Of a stretch of DNA of 64,000 nucleotides, positions 18,687 to 28,934 are shown in pieces. The notes under the pieces are model-generated. The model was not told the DNA's origin. It saw nothing but the letters and a program-made list of their open reading frames with translations, and did not search any database. The stretch is from a virus. The stretch lies in IMG/VR virus record IMGVR_UViG_3300025168_000036, one strand, 5' to 3'. Each line of letters starts with the position of its first letter. Position 1 is the stretch's first letter. A program made the translations under genes and the position numbers.

Positions 18687-18693
18687 CTTATTG

Positions 18694-19224
18694 TTATCTT
18701 CTAGGTTGAGATGATAGTCCGTATCCTATTCTACCTGTATCAGCTTTACTTCCGTAATAGTCTGATTGTGCTTTAGCTTCTTTATCTAATGCTGCTTTGG
18801 CACCTGCTTCGTTCTTCTTGATTGCAGACTTGTTTTTCTTCCAAAATTCTAATAGATGTTCGTTTGTAAAGTCTCTCCATTCAACTGGATTACCTTTAAA
18901 CTTAAATACCTTTTTGCCATCTATATCTGCTGGGCCAGTTTTATTTTTATCATACCAACTGTAGTTAAAGTATTGATGCTTGCCATTCCTCCTAAAGCTT
19001 ACTCCTATCTGCCCACCCATATTTCTTGAATGATGCCATTTGAAACTAAATCCACCTGTGCCATCACCAAATCTAAATTCACTGTATTCGAATGATGAAC
19101 CATAGTCATCTTTATATTTGGTTAGCTTTTTAATATCAGCTACTATCTTACTAACTGTAGACTGATCAAACATCTTAGTGTTGTCCATTCTATCTTCATT
19201 TAATATATCTTTAAGCTTTATCAT
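18694..19224 (-). CDS. putative internal virion protein (MIKLKDILNE leader)
   Basis: shared N-terminal motif. Confidence 0.6.
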   Translation of the reverse strand: MIKLKDILNEDRMDNTKMFDQSTVSKIVADIKKLTKYKDDYGSSFEYSEFRFGDGTGGFSFKWHHSRNMGGQIGVSFRRNGKHQYFNYSWYDKNKTGPADIDGKKVFKFKGNPVEWRDFTNEHLLEFWKKNKSAIKKNEAGAKAALDKEAKAQSDYYGSKADTGRIGYGLSSQPRR

Positions 19225-19399
19225 ATTACTTTTTCCCTTTTTTTGGCATTACTACACTTGAGCACAGACTTTTTACCTTACTTTTAATTGCACTGTTTTC
19301 AGGGTTCTTTCTAAGTTTCTTTTTTAGCATAGAAATTTCAGTTAATTTCTTTTTCCAATCTTTTCTAACACCGTTTTTTCTTCTAGACATAGATATCTC

Positions 19400-19615
19400 C
19401 TATTTTTTTGCAAACTTTTCCAAGCCTGCTATTCCAAAGCAACCAAGAACAACTAATACGAATGAATCATAAACAAACTCATTTATAACTAGGTCTTTTC
19501 CAACCCAACCAGTTACTAGATCAGCAATCATAATTAAACACATAATAATAAACGCAATAAAGCCAACAATGGCTTTTTCATTCCAGTTATTATCATCTTT
19601 GAATATATTCCACAT
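19400..19615 (-). CDS. two-TM membrane protein (holin-like)
   Basis: two TM helices and a basic C-terminus. Confidence 0.5.
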   Translation of the reverse strand: MWNIFKDDNNWNEKAIVGFIAFIIMCLIMIADLVTGWVGKDLVINEFVYDSFVLVVLGCFGIAGLEKFAKK

Positions 19616-19644
19616 AGTAGTCCTCTATAATTTTATAATAAATA

Positions 19645-20004
19645 TCAAAATGAGTCCATTAAAATTTCGTCTATTGCCTCCTGAACCTCATCTTTTGTTA
19701 CTTTCATTGTAAAAGATATATCAGCTTGATACCTTTTAACTTCTTCACCTTCATAAAATATAATAATTGTTGGTACAACTACTATTTCGTATTTATTTTG
19801 AGCCTTTGTATCTGTTGCAATGTCACAAGATTTTAATTTTGCATCATTTAGGCTTGAGACCCATTCGACATCATTTGCAGAGTTCCATCCTGCATTAAAG
19901 TGTACTATAGTAAGATCACTGCCTAGTTTTAGTGTTTGGCCTATTGCTGTAGACATACATAGTAAAAATAATATTGTTAGTAAATAACCTAATTTTGTTT
20001 TCAT
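19645..20004 (-). CDS. exported thioredoxin-fold protein lacking CxxC
   Basis: signal peptide; HFNAGWN at the WCxxC position; VVPTIIIF..GEEVKR. Confidence 0.7.
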   Translation of the reverse strand: MKTKLGYLLTILFLLCMSTAIGQTLKLGSDLTIVHFNAGWNSANDVEWVSSLNDAKLKSCDIATDTKAQNKYEIVVVPTIIIFYEGEEVKRYQADISFTMKVTKDEVQEAIDEILMDSF

Positions 20005-20013
20005 AACTATCTC

Positions 20014-20298
20014 CTATCTGAGTCTGTCTATTTTTTGTTCTATTCTATCTAAGTCTTCTTTTAACTCTTCCACATCATCTGCAGTATTTTCGATAGTTAG
20101 ACGTATATTTTTATCTTTCATGTCAAATTCCATTCTTGTGACATCTGGTGGTGGTGGGACCGGAAGTTCTTTTGCTTCCTGAATATCCGCTTGTAGTGCA
20201 AACCACATACCTACAACAGTTGCAATTGCAAATGCTATTCCTATTAATGTTTTTATACTGACCTTAAAGCCTGTATCTTCGTTTAACTCTTTTGCCAT
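20014..20298 (-). CDS. TM + coiled-coil protein
   Basis: single TM helix, Pro-rich linker, heptad C-terminus. Confidence 0.65.
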   Translation of the reverse strand: MAKELNEDTGFKVSIKTLIGIAFAIATVVGMWFALQADIQEAKELPVPPPPDVTRMEFDMKDKNIRLTIENTADDVEELKEDLDRIEQKIDRLR

Positions 20299-20307
20299 TT
20301 CATTCTC

Positions 20308-21381
20308 CTAAAATATGACGTAATTAACACCTATACTAAAGTCATGCCAATTACGGTTCCAGTACTTATTATATTTACCCTCTATAAAGCAACCTAAGTG
20401 CTTATCAAACTTATATCCAAATATCAAACCACCTGAATAGTCTATCCATTGGCCACCATTATAAGCATGGTAGCTAAATTCACCACCATCATCATAGTGA
20501 TATGGCATTAAATTACCCCATGAATGTACCCAAAATGTCTTTGTGTAATGATAAAAGTCAAATCCAATTACAACAGAGTGTTGAAGTGTACTTTTTAATT
20601 CATTTCTTTTGTTTTCGGTATACTCAGACAACATTGTTGGTATAACAACAGCTTCCCAGACCTCTGTGCTTGTAGCTACTTCGTTACCAGATTGATTAAT
20701 ATATGCAACGCCACCTTGACCATCAAATTGTACACTATAGCCCTCTTGTATTGCTAATTCTGTATAGTGTAGATTGCCATTTGATAATAGCCACTCTTCC
20801 AAAGGATCATAGCCATAAGGTTCAGCCAATCTCTGTACTGCACCTACATTGAATGATAACTTGTTTCCTAGTTTATATCTGTATCTCTCGGAAGCTTCAA
20901 AGTATTCTATGTCTGCAAATCCATCTTGTAAATATTCAACCTTAGCAATCCAATCGTTTGCAACATATCTTAAAAAGTGGTTTTGATTTAAGAAATTAGT
21001 ACCTTGCTGTCTTGTGTAGTCTGCCTCGAATAAAAACTCAAACCCCTTTAACTTTCCAATAGTAGCAGCATCACTAAATGAATTTTCTGTACCATTATAG
21101 AATGTATTTGCTCTATTTTCATATCCTAACCTAGCAATCTTTCTTACACCGAATGTAATTGAATAATCAAATGGTGTTGCAATTGTTTGAGTAGACAATC
21201 CATTGTTTACTGAAAATACATCTACATCAGAAACTGAATTTCCTCCGTTGATTGCGCCATAAAATGTTGCAAACTTAAATATCTTTTTAAGATCTACTTT
21301 TTTCTCTTGTGCACAGCACTTATTTGGGACTGCACAAGATGCAATTAATATTGCTAATAAAATTACTAGTATTTTTTTCAT
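20308..21381 (-). CDS. outer-membrane beta-barrel protein
   Basis: signal/lipobox-like N-terminus, aromatic-rich alternating strands, C-terminal VNYVIF. Confidence 0.7.
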   Translation of the reverse strand: MKKILVILLAILIASCAVPNKCCAQEKKVDLKKIFKFATFYGAINGGNSVSDVDVFSVNNGLSTQTIATPFDYSITFGVRKIARLGYENRANTFYNGTENSFSDAATIGKLKGFEFLFEADYTRQQGTNFLNQNHFLRYVANDWIAKVEYLQDGFADIEYFEASERYRYKLGNKLSFNVGAVQRLAEPYGYDPLEEWLLSNGNLHYTELAIQEGYSVQFDGQGGVAYINQSGNEVATSTEVWEAVVIPTMLSEYTENKRNELKSTLQHSVVIGFDFYHYTKTFWVHSWGNLMPYHYDDGGEFSYHAYNGGQWIDYSGGLIFGYKFDKHLGCFIEGKYNKYWNRNWHDFSIGVNYVIF

Positions 21382-24305
21382 TGTTTTATTATCCTCTTAC
21401 TGTATCTATTTTCTTTATGTGTTATGACCATATTATATGTACCTGGAGAAACACCCTCTAAGCTTAATCTTATTGTATTACTTCCTGCCTCACTTAATAT
21501 TGTTCTACCCATCATATCATATAAATCAACCCTAACATCAAGCCTTGTTTCTATATTTAATATGTTATTAGTTGGATTTGGGTAAACTACTATTCCTAGT
21601 GCTGATATATCATCTATCCCTACTGGCCAACCTAATTGACAATAGTCATACATTGATTGACAACTTGCATCCCAACTATTTGTACAACAATAGTCATCTA
21701 CATCAATTACCCAAGCATAGCATCCATCATTTAACCAATAAGGAATTCCTGGTCCTCCATAGCATCCTGCATTATATAAGCAAGATGTTGAGTCTGATAC
21801 ATTTGCTAATGGATCATAATTCCATGCACTTACATCTGTACAACCTATCACTATGTCAATACAACTACCATCATCATAACAAGCATCTGGGTCATAGTTT
21901 AATGACCAATCTTGAGTACATCCAGCTATATAACAACATGAATTATCTAATGTATTTGCTAGTGGATTAAAGTTTAATGATGTATTATCTGTACAACCAT
22001 AGACAAATGGTTCACATGTTCCATTATCTGTATTTGCTAGTGGGTCATAATTAAATTGTGTTGAATCTGTACATCCATAAATAAATGGTATGCAGTTACC
22101 AGATGGTGTATTTGCTAGTGGATCATAGTTAAACATCGTTACATCCATACATCCAATTACAACTTGTATACAAGATGAATCATCTACATTAGCTAATGGA
22201 TCATAGTTAAATGCTGTTGGGTCTGTACAACCTAACACTGGATAAATACACCCATTATTTACTGTTGCTGTTGGGTCATAATTAAGAGCTGTAATATCTG
22301 TACAACCTATATAATAACAAGATCCATCATCTGTATTTGCAGAAGCATTATAGTTATCTGCTATTGTATCAGTACATCCTGTAATAATTGGTACACAGCT
22401 ATTATCATCTACATTAGCTAATGGATTGTAATTAAATGCTAAATCATTAGTACAACCTAATATCTCAGGAATACAATTTCCATCATCTGTATTAGCATTA
22501 GGGTTATAATTAAATGCAGTAGAATCCATACATCCTAACACTGTTGGTATACATGTTGTTCCACAAAATGGTATTGCTGTATATTTTGTAAAGAATGGAG
22601 AATCAAATCCTTGAAGTGCTCCTTGACCGTTATTTGCAAATGGATTTTGTCCTTCATATAATAACTCAACACCATTAGCATTTGTTAGCTTAAATGAATT
22701 ATGCCAAGTTTGAAATTGTACTTCTTGTGGTGGTTGTTGAGGTCCACCTACTTCAAAATAGAATACATCTACTGGTACACCTGGATCAAGAATTATATTC
22801 CATGTATTTTGATAATTTCCTGGGCCTAATGTATAAGTTCCAAGATTAATACCATTCTGATATACACCTATATATGAATTACCCCAGCCATCTCCTCCAG
22901 CATCTCCAATCCATAATTCGTAATTACAATCTGGTATTAAGTCCATCATAGTAGCTGTTGAGTCATAGTTAAATGCATTAGGGTTAGTACATCCGTAAAT
23001 ATGTAGGTTAGTACAAGATCCATCATCAACATTTGCTTGGGGATTAAATTCTACATAATCATCATCTGTACATCCAGGTATTTCTGATATTGTAGGGCAA
23101 GGTGTTGCTGTTTGTGCTCCTGAATATAAAGTATTTCCAAAGCCTGGATTGTCCATATACCAAATAGTGTCACCTGTACAATCGTAAATAACAATTGAAC
23201 CATCCATTGTTCCACCAGATGTAGAACCTGCCATTCCATCACCAAAGTCATCATTAACTATTAATTCAAACCCTGAATTTTGGTCTACACAAAAATTATA
23301 TGTGTATGTCTGTCCTATATCATTAAAGTCATATTCTCCTACAAGTACTGAGTCAATAACCCCTAAGCTATTCATTATCCATGATGTTTCACCTGGCCAG
23401 TTATCTAATGTAATTTCCATTGTTATTTGGTATTCATTTGTTGTATCACATATTGTACCAGCACAACTTCCGTCATCATTTGTTGCCCAAGGATTATAAG
23501 ATATTTGAGTAGGATCTGTACAACCATCTATACATGGAGTAGGTGTGTAAGTAATAGTATCAGACATTGTGCCATCTGCAAACTCTACTTGTAAATAATG
23601 TTCTACACTCCAATTAGGTGGCATTTGGCCATTACCTGCATTTACTGCAAAATTAGTTGCATTTGCTGGTACACCGTATTGATATGGTCCAACACCTTCT
23701 GCATTTGTATACCATACCTGAACTGTTTCACAAGAAGGATTATAATCTTCTGTAGTCCATTCAAATACAATTAAGGCTTGTCCTCCTGGATAACAATTTT
23801 GATATGCATTAGACGACAAAATCCCACCACAGGCAGGATATGTACAACTACCATCATCTGCAGTTGCTAGTGAGTCATAGTTTAATGCATTTGTATCTAT
23901 ACATCCAAACACATCTGGTGCAGGTGGTGCACAAGGTGCAATTGTTAATGTATCTATATATGATAGCCCAAAATTACCAGCTACATATAATAATGTATCT
24001 TGACAATCATTTTGAATTAAAAACCATCCATCAGTTCCACCCCATTGCGAAGCAGCTAATCCATCACCATACTGATCAAATATAGATACAACAATATCTC
24101 CTCCTATTGGAATAATTGTATCATATAAAAAATTAGCTTCTGTGATTGAATCATTTCCTATAATAATAGGTGAACCTCCTGGAGGTGTAATATTCCAGCT
24201 TGTTTCTGATGGATAATTATCTGTTAATAGTTGTATGTTTATCCAACTATTTTGTGCTAATAACATTGTTGGCAATAAAGCCAATACTAATAATAATTTT
24301 CTCAT
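21378..24305 (-). CDS. secreted Cys-repeat protein with T9SS type A C-terminal sorting domain
   Basis: signal peptide, 14 GCTD..A.NY.P.A..DDGSC repeats, C-terminal YPNP...YDMMGR...G.Y...KRIIKQ. Confidence 0.9.
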   Translation of the reverse strand: MRKLLLVLALLPTMLLAQNSWINIQLLTDNYPSETSWNITPPGGSPIIIGNDSITEANFLYDTIIPIGGDIVVSIFDQYGDGLAASQWGGTDGWFLIQNDCQDTLLYVAGNFGLSYIDTLTIAPCAPPAPDVFGCIDTNALNYDSLATADDGSCTYPACGGILSSNAYQNCYPGGQALIVFEWTTEDYNPSCETVQVWYTNAEGVGPYQYGVPANATNFAVNAGNGQMPPNWSVEHYLQVEFADGTMSDTITYTPTPCIDGCTDPTQISYNPWATNDDGSCAGTICDTTNEYQITMEITLDNWPGETSWIMNSLGVIDSVLVGEYDFNDIGQTYTYNFCVDQNSGFELIVNDDFGDGMAGSTSGGTMDGSIVIYDCTGDTIWYMDNPGFGNTLYSGAQTATPCPTISEIPGCTDDDYVEFNPQANVDDGSCTNLHIYGCTNPNAFNYDSTATMMDLIPDCNYELWIGDAGGDGWGNSYIGVYQNGINLGTYTLGPGNYQNTWNIILDPGVPVDVFYFEVGGPQQPPQEVQFQTWHNSFKLTNANGVELLYEGQNPFANNGQGALQGFDSPFFTKYTAIPFCGTTCIPTVLGCMDSTAFNYNPNANTDDGNCIPEILGCTNDLAFNYNPLANVDDNSCVPIITGCTDTIADNYNASANTDDGSCYYIGCTDITALNYDPTATVNNGCIYPVLGCTDPTAFNYDPLANVDDSSCIQVVIGCMDVTMFNYDPLANTPSGNCIPFIYGCTDSTQFNYDPLANTDNGTCEPFVYGCTDNTSLNFNPLANTLDNSCCYIAGCTQDWSLNYDPDACYDDGSCIDIVIGCTDVSAWNYDPLANVSDSTSCLYNAGCYGGPGIPYWLNDGCYAWVIDVDDYCCTNSWDASCQSMYDYCQLGWPVGIDDISALGIVVYPNPTNNILNIETRLDVRVDLYDMMGRTILSEAGSNTIRLSLEGVSPGTYNMVITHKENRYSKRIIKQ

Positions 24306-24474
24306 ATTTCAAACCCCAAATTTAATATCATAAATCTAAACTTAGATTTTTCTATTTTAATTTCTAATACTGTAAAAGTACCTATCCTAAACTCTAGGTA
24401 GTACTTTTCTTTTTTATTACCGGCATCAAATCCGTTTATCCAATTTATTTTCATAACAATTCTCCTTTATTTAA

Positions 24475-24688
24475 TTAATCATTTGCAGGGTCATGAGGTA
24501 CTATTGTATCATTCTGTAAATCATGAATTGCCTGTCTTAATAACTGCTCTTTTAATTCCATTCCACGAGCTTTACCTTCAAGTTCACTAATTTGTGCTTC
24601 CATTTTACAACATTTTTCATCAAATGTTTTTTGTGACACCATACATGAACTTAATGCTAGTATCATTAGTATTGCAATTATTCTCATA
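24475..24688 (-). CDS. lipoprotein with coiled coil (spanin-like candidate)
   Basis: MRIIAILMILALSS-C lipobox. Confidence 0.55.
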
Positions 24689-25078
24689 TTAAGCTCCAAA
24701 TACTTTTTTTGTGCCACCATCGTATTCATATGCGTGACCTTCAACTTTTAATTGCTCATTAATACACATAGAGTTTCCATCTATGTCTTGTATAAATAAT
24801 TCACCTAGAACTCTACCATACTTTCCTACACCATGAGACTTTAGCCTAAAATATCCAGACTTAGCACTTACCTTTTCCAAAAGCTCTTTGTTTCTAGCCT
24901 TTGCTGCAAGCCCTTTTTTCTTTTCATCAAGATCTCTTGTTCTTGATTCCCAAGTATCAATACCCATGTATCTAATTCTTCTTTTAATCCAGATATCAAA
25001 TCCTATATCAATCATAGCATCAATGGTATCACCATCAACAACTCTTTCAAGTTTAGCTCTGTAGATGTATTTATCCAT
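24689..25078 (-). CDS. thermonuclease (SNase-like)
   Basis: VVDGDTID, RYMGIDTWES and GKYGRVLG motifs. Confidence 0.88.
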   Translation of the reverse strand: MDKYIYRAKLERVVDGDTIDAMIDIGFDIWIKRRIRYMGIDTWESRTRDLDEKKKGLAAKARNKELLEKVSAKSGYFRLKSHGVGKYGRVLGELFIQDIDGNSMCINEQLKVEGHAYEYDGGTKKVFGA

Positions 25079-25515
25079 TATTCGTACCCTACAATTTTAG
25101 CCATCAACTTAGGATAACCCTTTACAGTTAAAAGATTCTTTAGCATTTTTTGCAATGTTGACTTATCAGAACCTTTAGCAGTCTTTATTTCTTCTTTTAT
25201 ATGGTTTATAAATGCATTGCAGCTTGATTCGAATTCCTTTTCAAATCCTTTATCCATACCTGCTTCATTAACACCTTTAGACTCTGAGTACATATAAGTA
25301 TGCTCTTTGCCTTCTGGGTCAGTTTTTACAAGCTCACCAGTGTTATGTAGTACTTTCATTTCATCTGAAGTAAAAGTAATTGTATGTTCGTTTATTGGTG
25401 TTGTATTGTTGGCAATCCACTTCTTTGAATTAAATTTGCCTTTCTCTACATAATTATCCATTGCAACAAGCTCCTTTCTCACCACCCCTACATGGCTTAC
25501 ATTTACAGACAGCAT
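25078..25515 (-). CDS. hypothetical protein (probable start at MDNYVEK)
   Basis: contains INE/VNEA motifs like the putative virion proteins. Confidence 0.5.
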   Translation of the reverse strand: MLSVNVSHVGVVRKELVAMDNYVEKGKFNSKKWIANNTTPINEHTITFTSDEMKVLHNTGELVKTDPEGKEHTYMYSESKGVNEAGMDKGFEKEFESSCNAFINHIKEEIKTAKGSDKSTLQKMLKNLLTVKGYPKLMAKIVGYE

Positions 25516-25759
25516 ACCAAGCCCATCCAGCAGTCACTGCCAATAAACCTAATGCCACCCAATTATTAACACCAAACATACAACCAACACCTATTGCAGT
25601 TATATATGCACCATAGCAATTAATATAACATAATGCCAAATCATAAGTAGATTTGTTCTTATTATATTTTGCAATGAGCTTTTCATCTAGTTCTGTTTTA
25701 TCCAAAACTTTTTTGACAACTTTCTTAGCCGCCTTCTTTACTGTAGCCTTTTTAGCCAT
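25454..25759 (-). CDS. membrane protein with basic N-terminus
   Basis: two TM helices, Cys-rich tail, SD. Confidence 0.6.
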   Translation of the reverse strand: MAKKATVKKAAKKVVKKVLDKTELDEKLIAKYNKNKSTYDLALCYINCYGAYITAIGVGCMFGVNNWVALGLLAVTAGWAWYAVCKCKPCRGGEKGACCNG

Positions 25760-25768
25760 TTTATTCTC

Positions 25769-26383
25769 CTATTTTATATCACCACTATTAATAAGCGTAT
25801 ATGTGAAGTTATTACTCCACTTTTCTCTTGCTGCTTGACAAATTCCTAAGAATTCCATCCAATCATCATTTGATGCTATTACTTGACAACCTGCAGACCA
25901 TTTGTCTACATAGGTGGATGTTTTACCAGACAATGCTGTTGCTCTGTGTATATTGATTCCAAATAATCCTGTGTCAGTTTTTGACTCATCAAGATCATAG
26001 TTATCATCACGATTAGCATCTCTATATACTGTTACTGGTTTTTGTTGGCCTAGAGCCAAATACTTTCCACCATGTAGCCTAAGCTTATGTGATCCTCTAT
26101 ATTGTCCTGGTTTTAGAATTGCACAACCTTTAGACATCATTGGGTTATCCATCCAATTATCTCCAGGATCTGTTGTACATTTATAACATTCAAATTGCCA
26201 TTCACCATCTATCTTATAAGATATTGTTATATGATCATCAAATTTATTTGTTACCTTACCTTTTGTTTCGTCGTTTCTTACCCCTACTATGTTGACATTT
26301 AAGTCTCCACTTTCAAACCACTTGTATCCTTTGTTGATTACTGCTTCTTCAATTTGTTTTCTTGTATACATATTTCTCCTCAT
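25769..26383 (-). CDS. L,D-transpeptidase-like peptidoglycan hydrolase (endolysin candidate)
   Basis: GINIHRA...WSAGCQV matches the H...SxGC catalytic motif. Confidence 0.65.
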   Translation of the reverse strand: MRRNMYTRKQIEEAVINKGYKWFESGDLNVNIVGVRNDETKGKVTNKFDDHITISYKIDGEWQFECYKCTTDPGDNWMDNPMMSKGCAILKPGQYRGSHKLRLHGGKYLALGQQKPVTVYRDANRDDNYDLDESKTDTGLFGINIHRATALSGKTSTYVDKWSAGCQVIASNDDWMEFLGICQAAREKWSNNFTYTLINSGDIK

Positions 26384-26593
26384 GTAAAAACTTTAATTTA
26401 ATAACAGTAATAAATATCAGCTAGACATTTAATTGTTTAATATCTACCCAGAAGATTCTACCTGACATATCTTTAATTCTGATATTATGTATGTCAAGGT
26501 ATTCCTCAATCTTAACCTTTGAGCCTGCCGATAACATACCATTAATATCTTCAATTGATATTTTCATTTTACACTTCTTGCCAACTAAATTTT

Positions 26594-26842
26594 TCATTTT
26601 TGTATCCTCACTTGGAGTTTTTGTATATTTTTAAGAAACTGATCTACTGTGATAGTTTCATTTTTATCTGTTTTTATGTTTATGTGTTCTAATAGTTCAG
26701 GTTGCTTATCTACAATAGACATTAACTTTTTTAAGCCTGAACCTGCCCAAAATACTCCAAAGCCATTGTCTTTTCCAAGTAGATTTGCATCATGATATGA
26801 ATTACTTTCACTTTCACCTGCACCTATAATAAAGTAGTCCAT
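26594..26842 (-). CDS. hypothetical protein
   Basis: ORF in operon context. Confidence 0.55.
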   Translation of the reverse strand: MDYFIIGAGESESNSYHDANLLGKDNGFGVFWAGSGLKKLMSIVDKQPELLEHINIKTDKNETITVDQFLKNIQKLQVRIQK

Positions 26843-27829
26843 CTATTTAGCTTCAGCCTTATAATATTCTAACCAGTGGTCAACCATCTCTTCCATCATA
26901 GCTTCAAAAGTATATTCTGGCTTCCATCCTAAAGTTTTTCTAATTTTTGTAGAGTCACCTCTAAGATATGGTAGCTCTTCCGGTCTCATATATGCTGAGT
27001 TTTGTACTACATGATCATACATATTTAGGCCAACCCTATCAAATACTATTTGGCACATTTCTCTAACTGAATGTGTTTGCATTGTTGATACTACCCAATC
27101 TTCTGGCCATGCATGTTGCATTATTTGATGCATTGCTCTAACGTAGTCATATGAATGCCCCCAGTCTCTATATGAATCCATATTACCTAGTTCAAGCTTA
27201 TCTTGTAGTCCTAATGCTATCCTTGCAGCTGCTTTTGCTACCTTATTTGTTACAAAATTACTACCTCTACGTGGAGATTCATGGTTAAAAAGAATACCAT
27301 TACATATATGAAGATTATATGCTCTTCTATAGTTTCTTGTTATATTATAGCCAAATACCTTTGAACAACCATAAGGAGACACTGGATTCATTGGTGTTGT
27401 TTCTCTTTGGAATTTGTCATCATCAACTGATAGTCCAAACATCTCAGATGAGCTTGCCTGATAGAACTTAGCCTTAGGGCAAGATCTTCTATATGCCTCT
27501 AATATATTTAATACACCTAGCGCATTTGTCTGAACTGTAAATTGTGGTATGTCAAAGCTTATTCTTACATGTGACTGTGCTGCTATATTATAAATTTCAT
27601 CTGGCTGTATCTTGTCCAATAGTCTTTCAATTCCGCCTTGATCTAATAGATCTCCATAGTATGTATGAATCTTGTCATCTAGGTGATCAATTCTATTATG
27701 TTGATTTTCAGCTGTTGAATTTCTCCTAACAATTCCATGAACTTCATATCCTAATTCTACTAAATATTCTGCAAGATAGCTTCCATCCTGGCCTGATATT
27801 CCTGTTATAAATGCTTTTTTATTTTCCAT
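26843..27829 (-). CDS. gmd: GDP-mannose 4,6-dehydratase
   Basis: ITGISGQDGSYLAE, AAQSHV..SF, QASSSEMFG, FNHESPRRG, RDWGH. Confidence 0.97.
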   Translation of the reverse strand: MENKKAFITGISGQDGSYLAEYLVELGYEVHGIVRRNSTAENQHNRIDHLDDKIHTYYGDLLDQGGIERLLDKIQPDEIYNIAAQSHVRISFDIPQFTVQTNALGVLNILEAYRRSCPKAKFYQASSSEMFGLSVDDDKFQRETTPMNPVSPYGCSKVFGYNITRNYRRAYNLHICNGILFNHESPRRGSNFVTNKVAKAAARIALGLQDKLELGNMDSYRDWGHSYDYVRAMHQIMQHAWPEDWVVSTMQTHSVREMCQIVFDRVGLNMYDHVVQNSAYMRPEELPYLRGDSTKIRKTLGWKPEYTFEAMMEEMVDHWLEYYKAEAK

Positions 27830-28523
27830 TAAAGATCTCCTTTTTTGATATATCTGAGTATGTATTTGAGTTTCCAGTGTCTTCATTCCACTCTGGTATT
27901 TGGTCCATTAAGAGTATTCCTCTTGCAGCATCTTCTGGTGTCATATAAAAGTGCCAACCTATCATATTAAAGTCATCATCCATATATTGCTTTGTTAGGT
28001 CTCTTCCATCATAAGATGCATACTTAAACCACTCATACGCCTCTTTGCTGTCTGTCATTATTATTCCGCCTTTTCCTATAGGTACCCTTTTCTTTATCTG
28101 GAATGACACAACTTGTAGTGCATCATTACCAACATACATCCCTTTTTGCCACCTAACTGCACCATCCCATATATTATATGGCTTAAATTGATAGACACCT
28201 GACCATTCTAAGTCTTCAAATTCAACCTCACAGCCTGCATGTATAATTTGCATTGGAGGTGAACAATATGTGTTTTTAGGTATTGTTATCTTACCTTTAC
28301 ATTTCATATATTTCATGCACAAGAATAGGCCATGTGAACATGTATCTAATGCAACTGCATATTTACTACCTGCAAATTTTGCAACCTTTTCCTCAAACAT
28401 ATCTATTGCATCTCTTGGGTCATCCCATTTATAACCAGCCTCTCTTAGTTGGTCTAGCTCAGGCCTTTGTAGCTCCTTAGGTAGCTTGCCTACTGGCCAG
28501 ACTGTGTATTTTTTATTTGCCAT
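27819..28523 (-). CDS. short DegT/DnrJ-family PLP aminotransferase
   Basis: FEEKVAKFAGSKYAVA and SFQIKK...GKGG; only 234 aa. Confidence 0.8.
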   Translation of the reverse strand: MANKKYTVWPVGKLPKELQRPELDQLREAGYKWDDPRDAIDMFEEKVAKFAGSKYAVALDTCSHGLFLCMKYMKCKGKITIPKNTYCSPPMQIIHAGCEVEFEDLEWSGVYQFKPYNIWDGAVRWQKGMYVGNDALQVVSFQIKKRVPIGKGGIIMTDSKEAYEWFKYASYDGRDLTKQYMDDDFNMIGWHFYMTPEDAARGILLMDQIPEWNEDTGNSNTYSDISKKEIFNGK

Positions 28524-28934
28524 TTATAATAACTCCTTATCAAATTCTTGGCCTTCATATGGGCCAGTTTTATATTCATATACTATTGTATCTTCTTCTA
28601 AGATCTCATATGTGTGTCCACCATATAGTGTAAAGCTAGCATCGCCAGGCTTAAGTATTGGCTCTGCAATTAGTGTATTGTCAACATCATAGAACTTACA
28701 CCTAACACTACCTTTTATTACTACCCAAGATTCTTGTGCTATCTTTTTGTCATAGTGTCTTTCTTTTACTATATGCTTATGTGCTGGGAATGTCTTTCCC
28801 TTTTCCATTTTAAGTGTCGCACATTGTATAAAGTTTTCTTCTGGCACAATATCAGTTCTTGTTTTAATATAATCAAATCTGTTGACAATATGTAATAATT
28901 TGCCATCTATTTTTGAATAAATTTTCTCTATCAT
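28524..28934 (-). CDS. WbuC-like cupin
   Basis: AHKH...QE...GGH..E.KTGPY motifs. Confidence 0.75.
   Translation of the reverse strand: MIEKIYSKIDGKLLHIVNRFDYIKTRTDIVPEENFIQCATLKMEKGKTFPAHKHIVKERHYDKKIAQESWVVIKGSVRCKFYDVDNTLIAEPILKPGDASFTLYGGHTYEILEEDTIVYEYKTGPYEGQEFDKELL

Noticed and set aside
21780-22540. CRISPR array in the periodic repeats
   Set aside because: These are degenerate in-frame protein repeats (GCTD...DDGSC), not identical repeats with unique spacers
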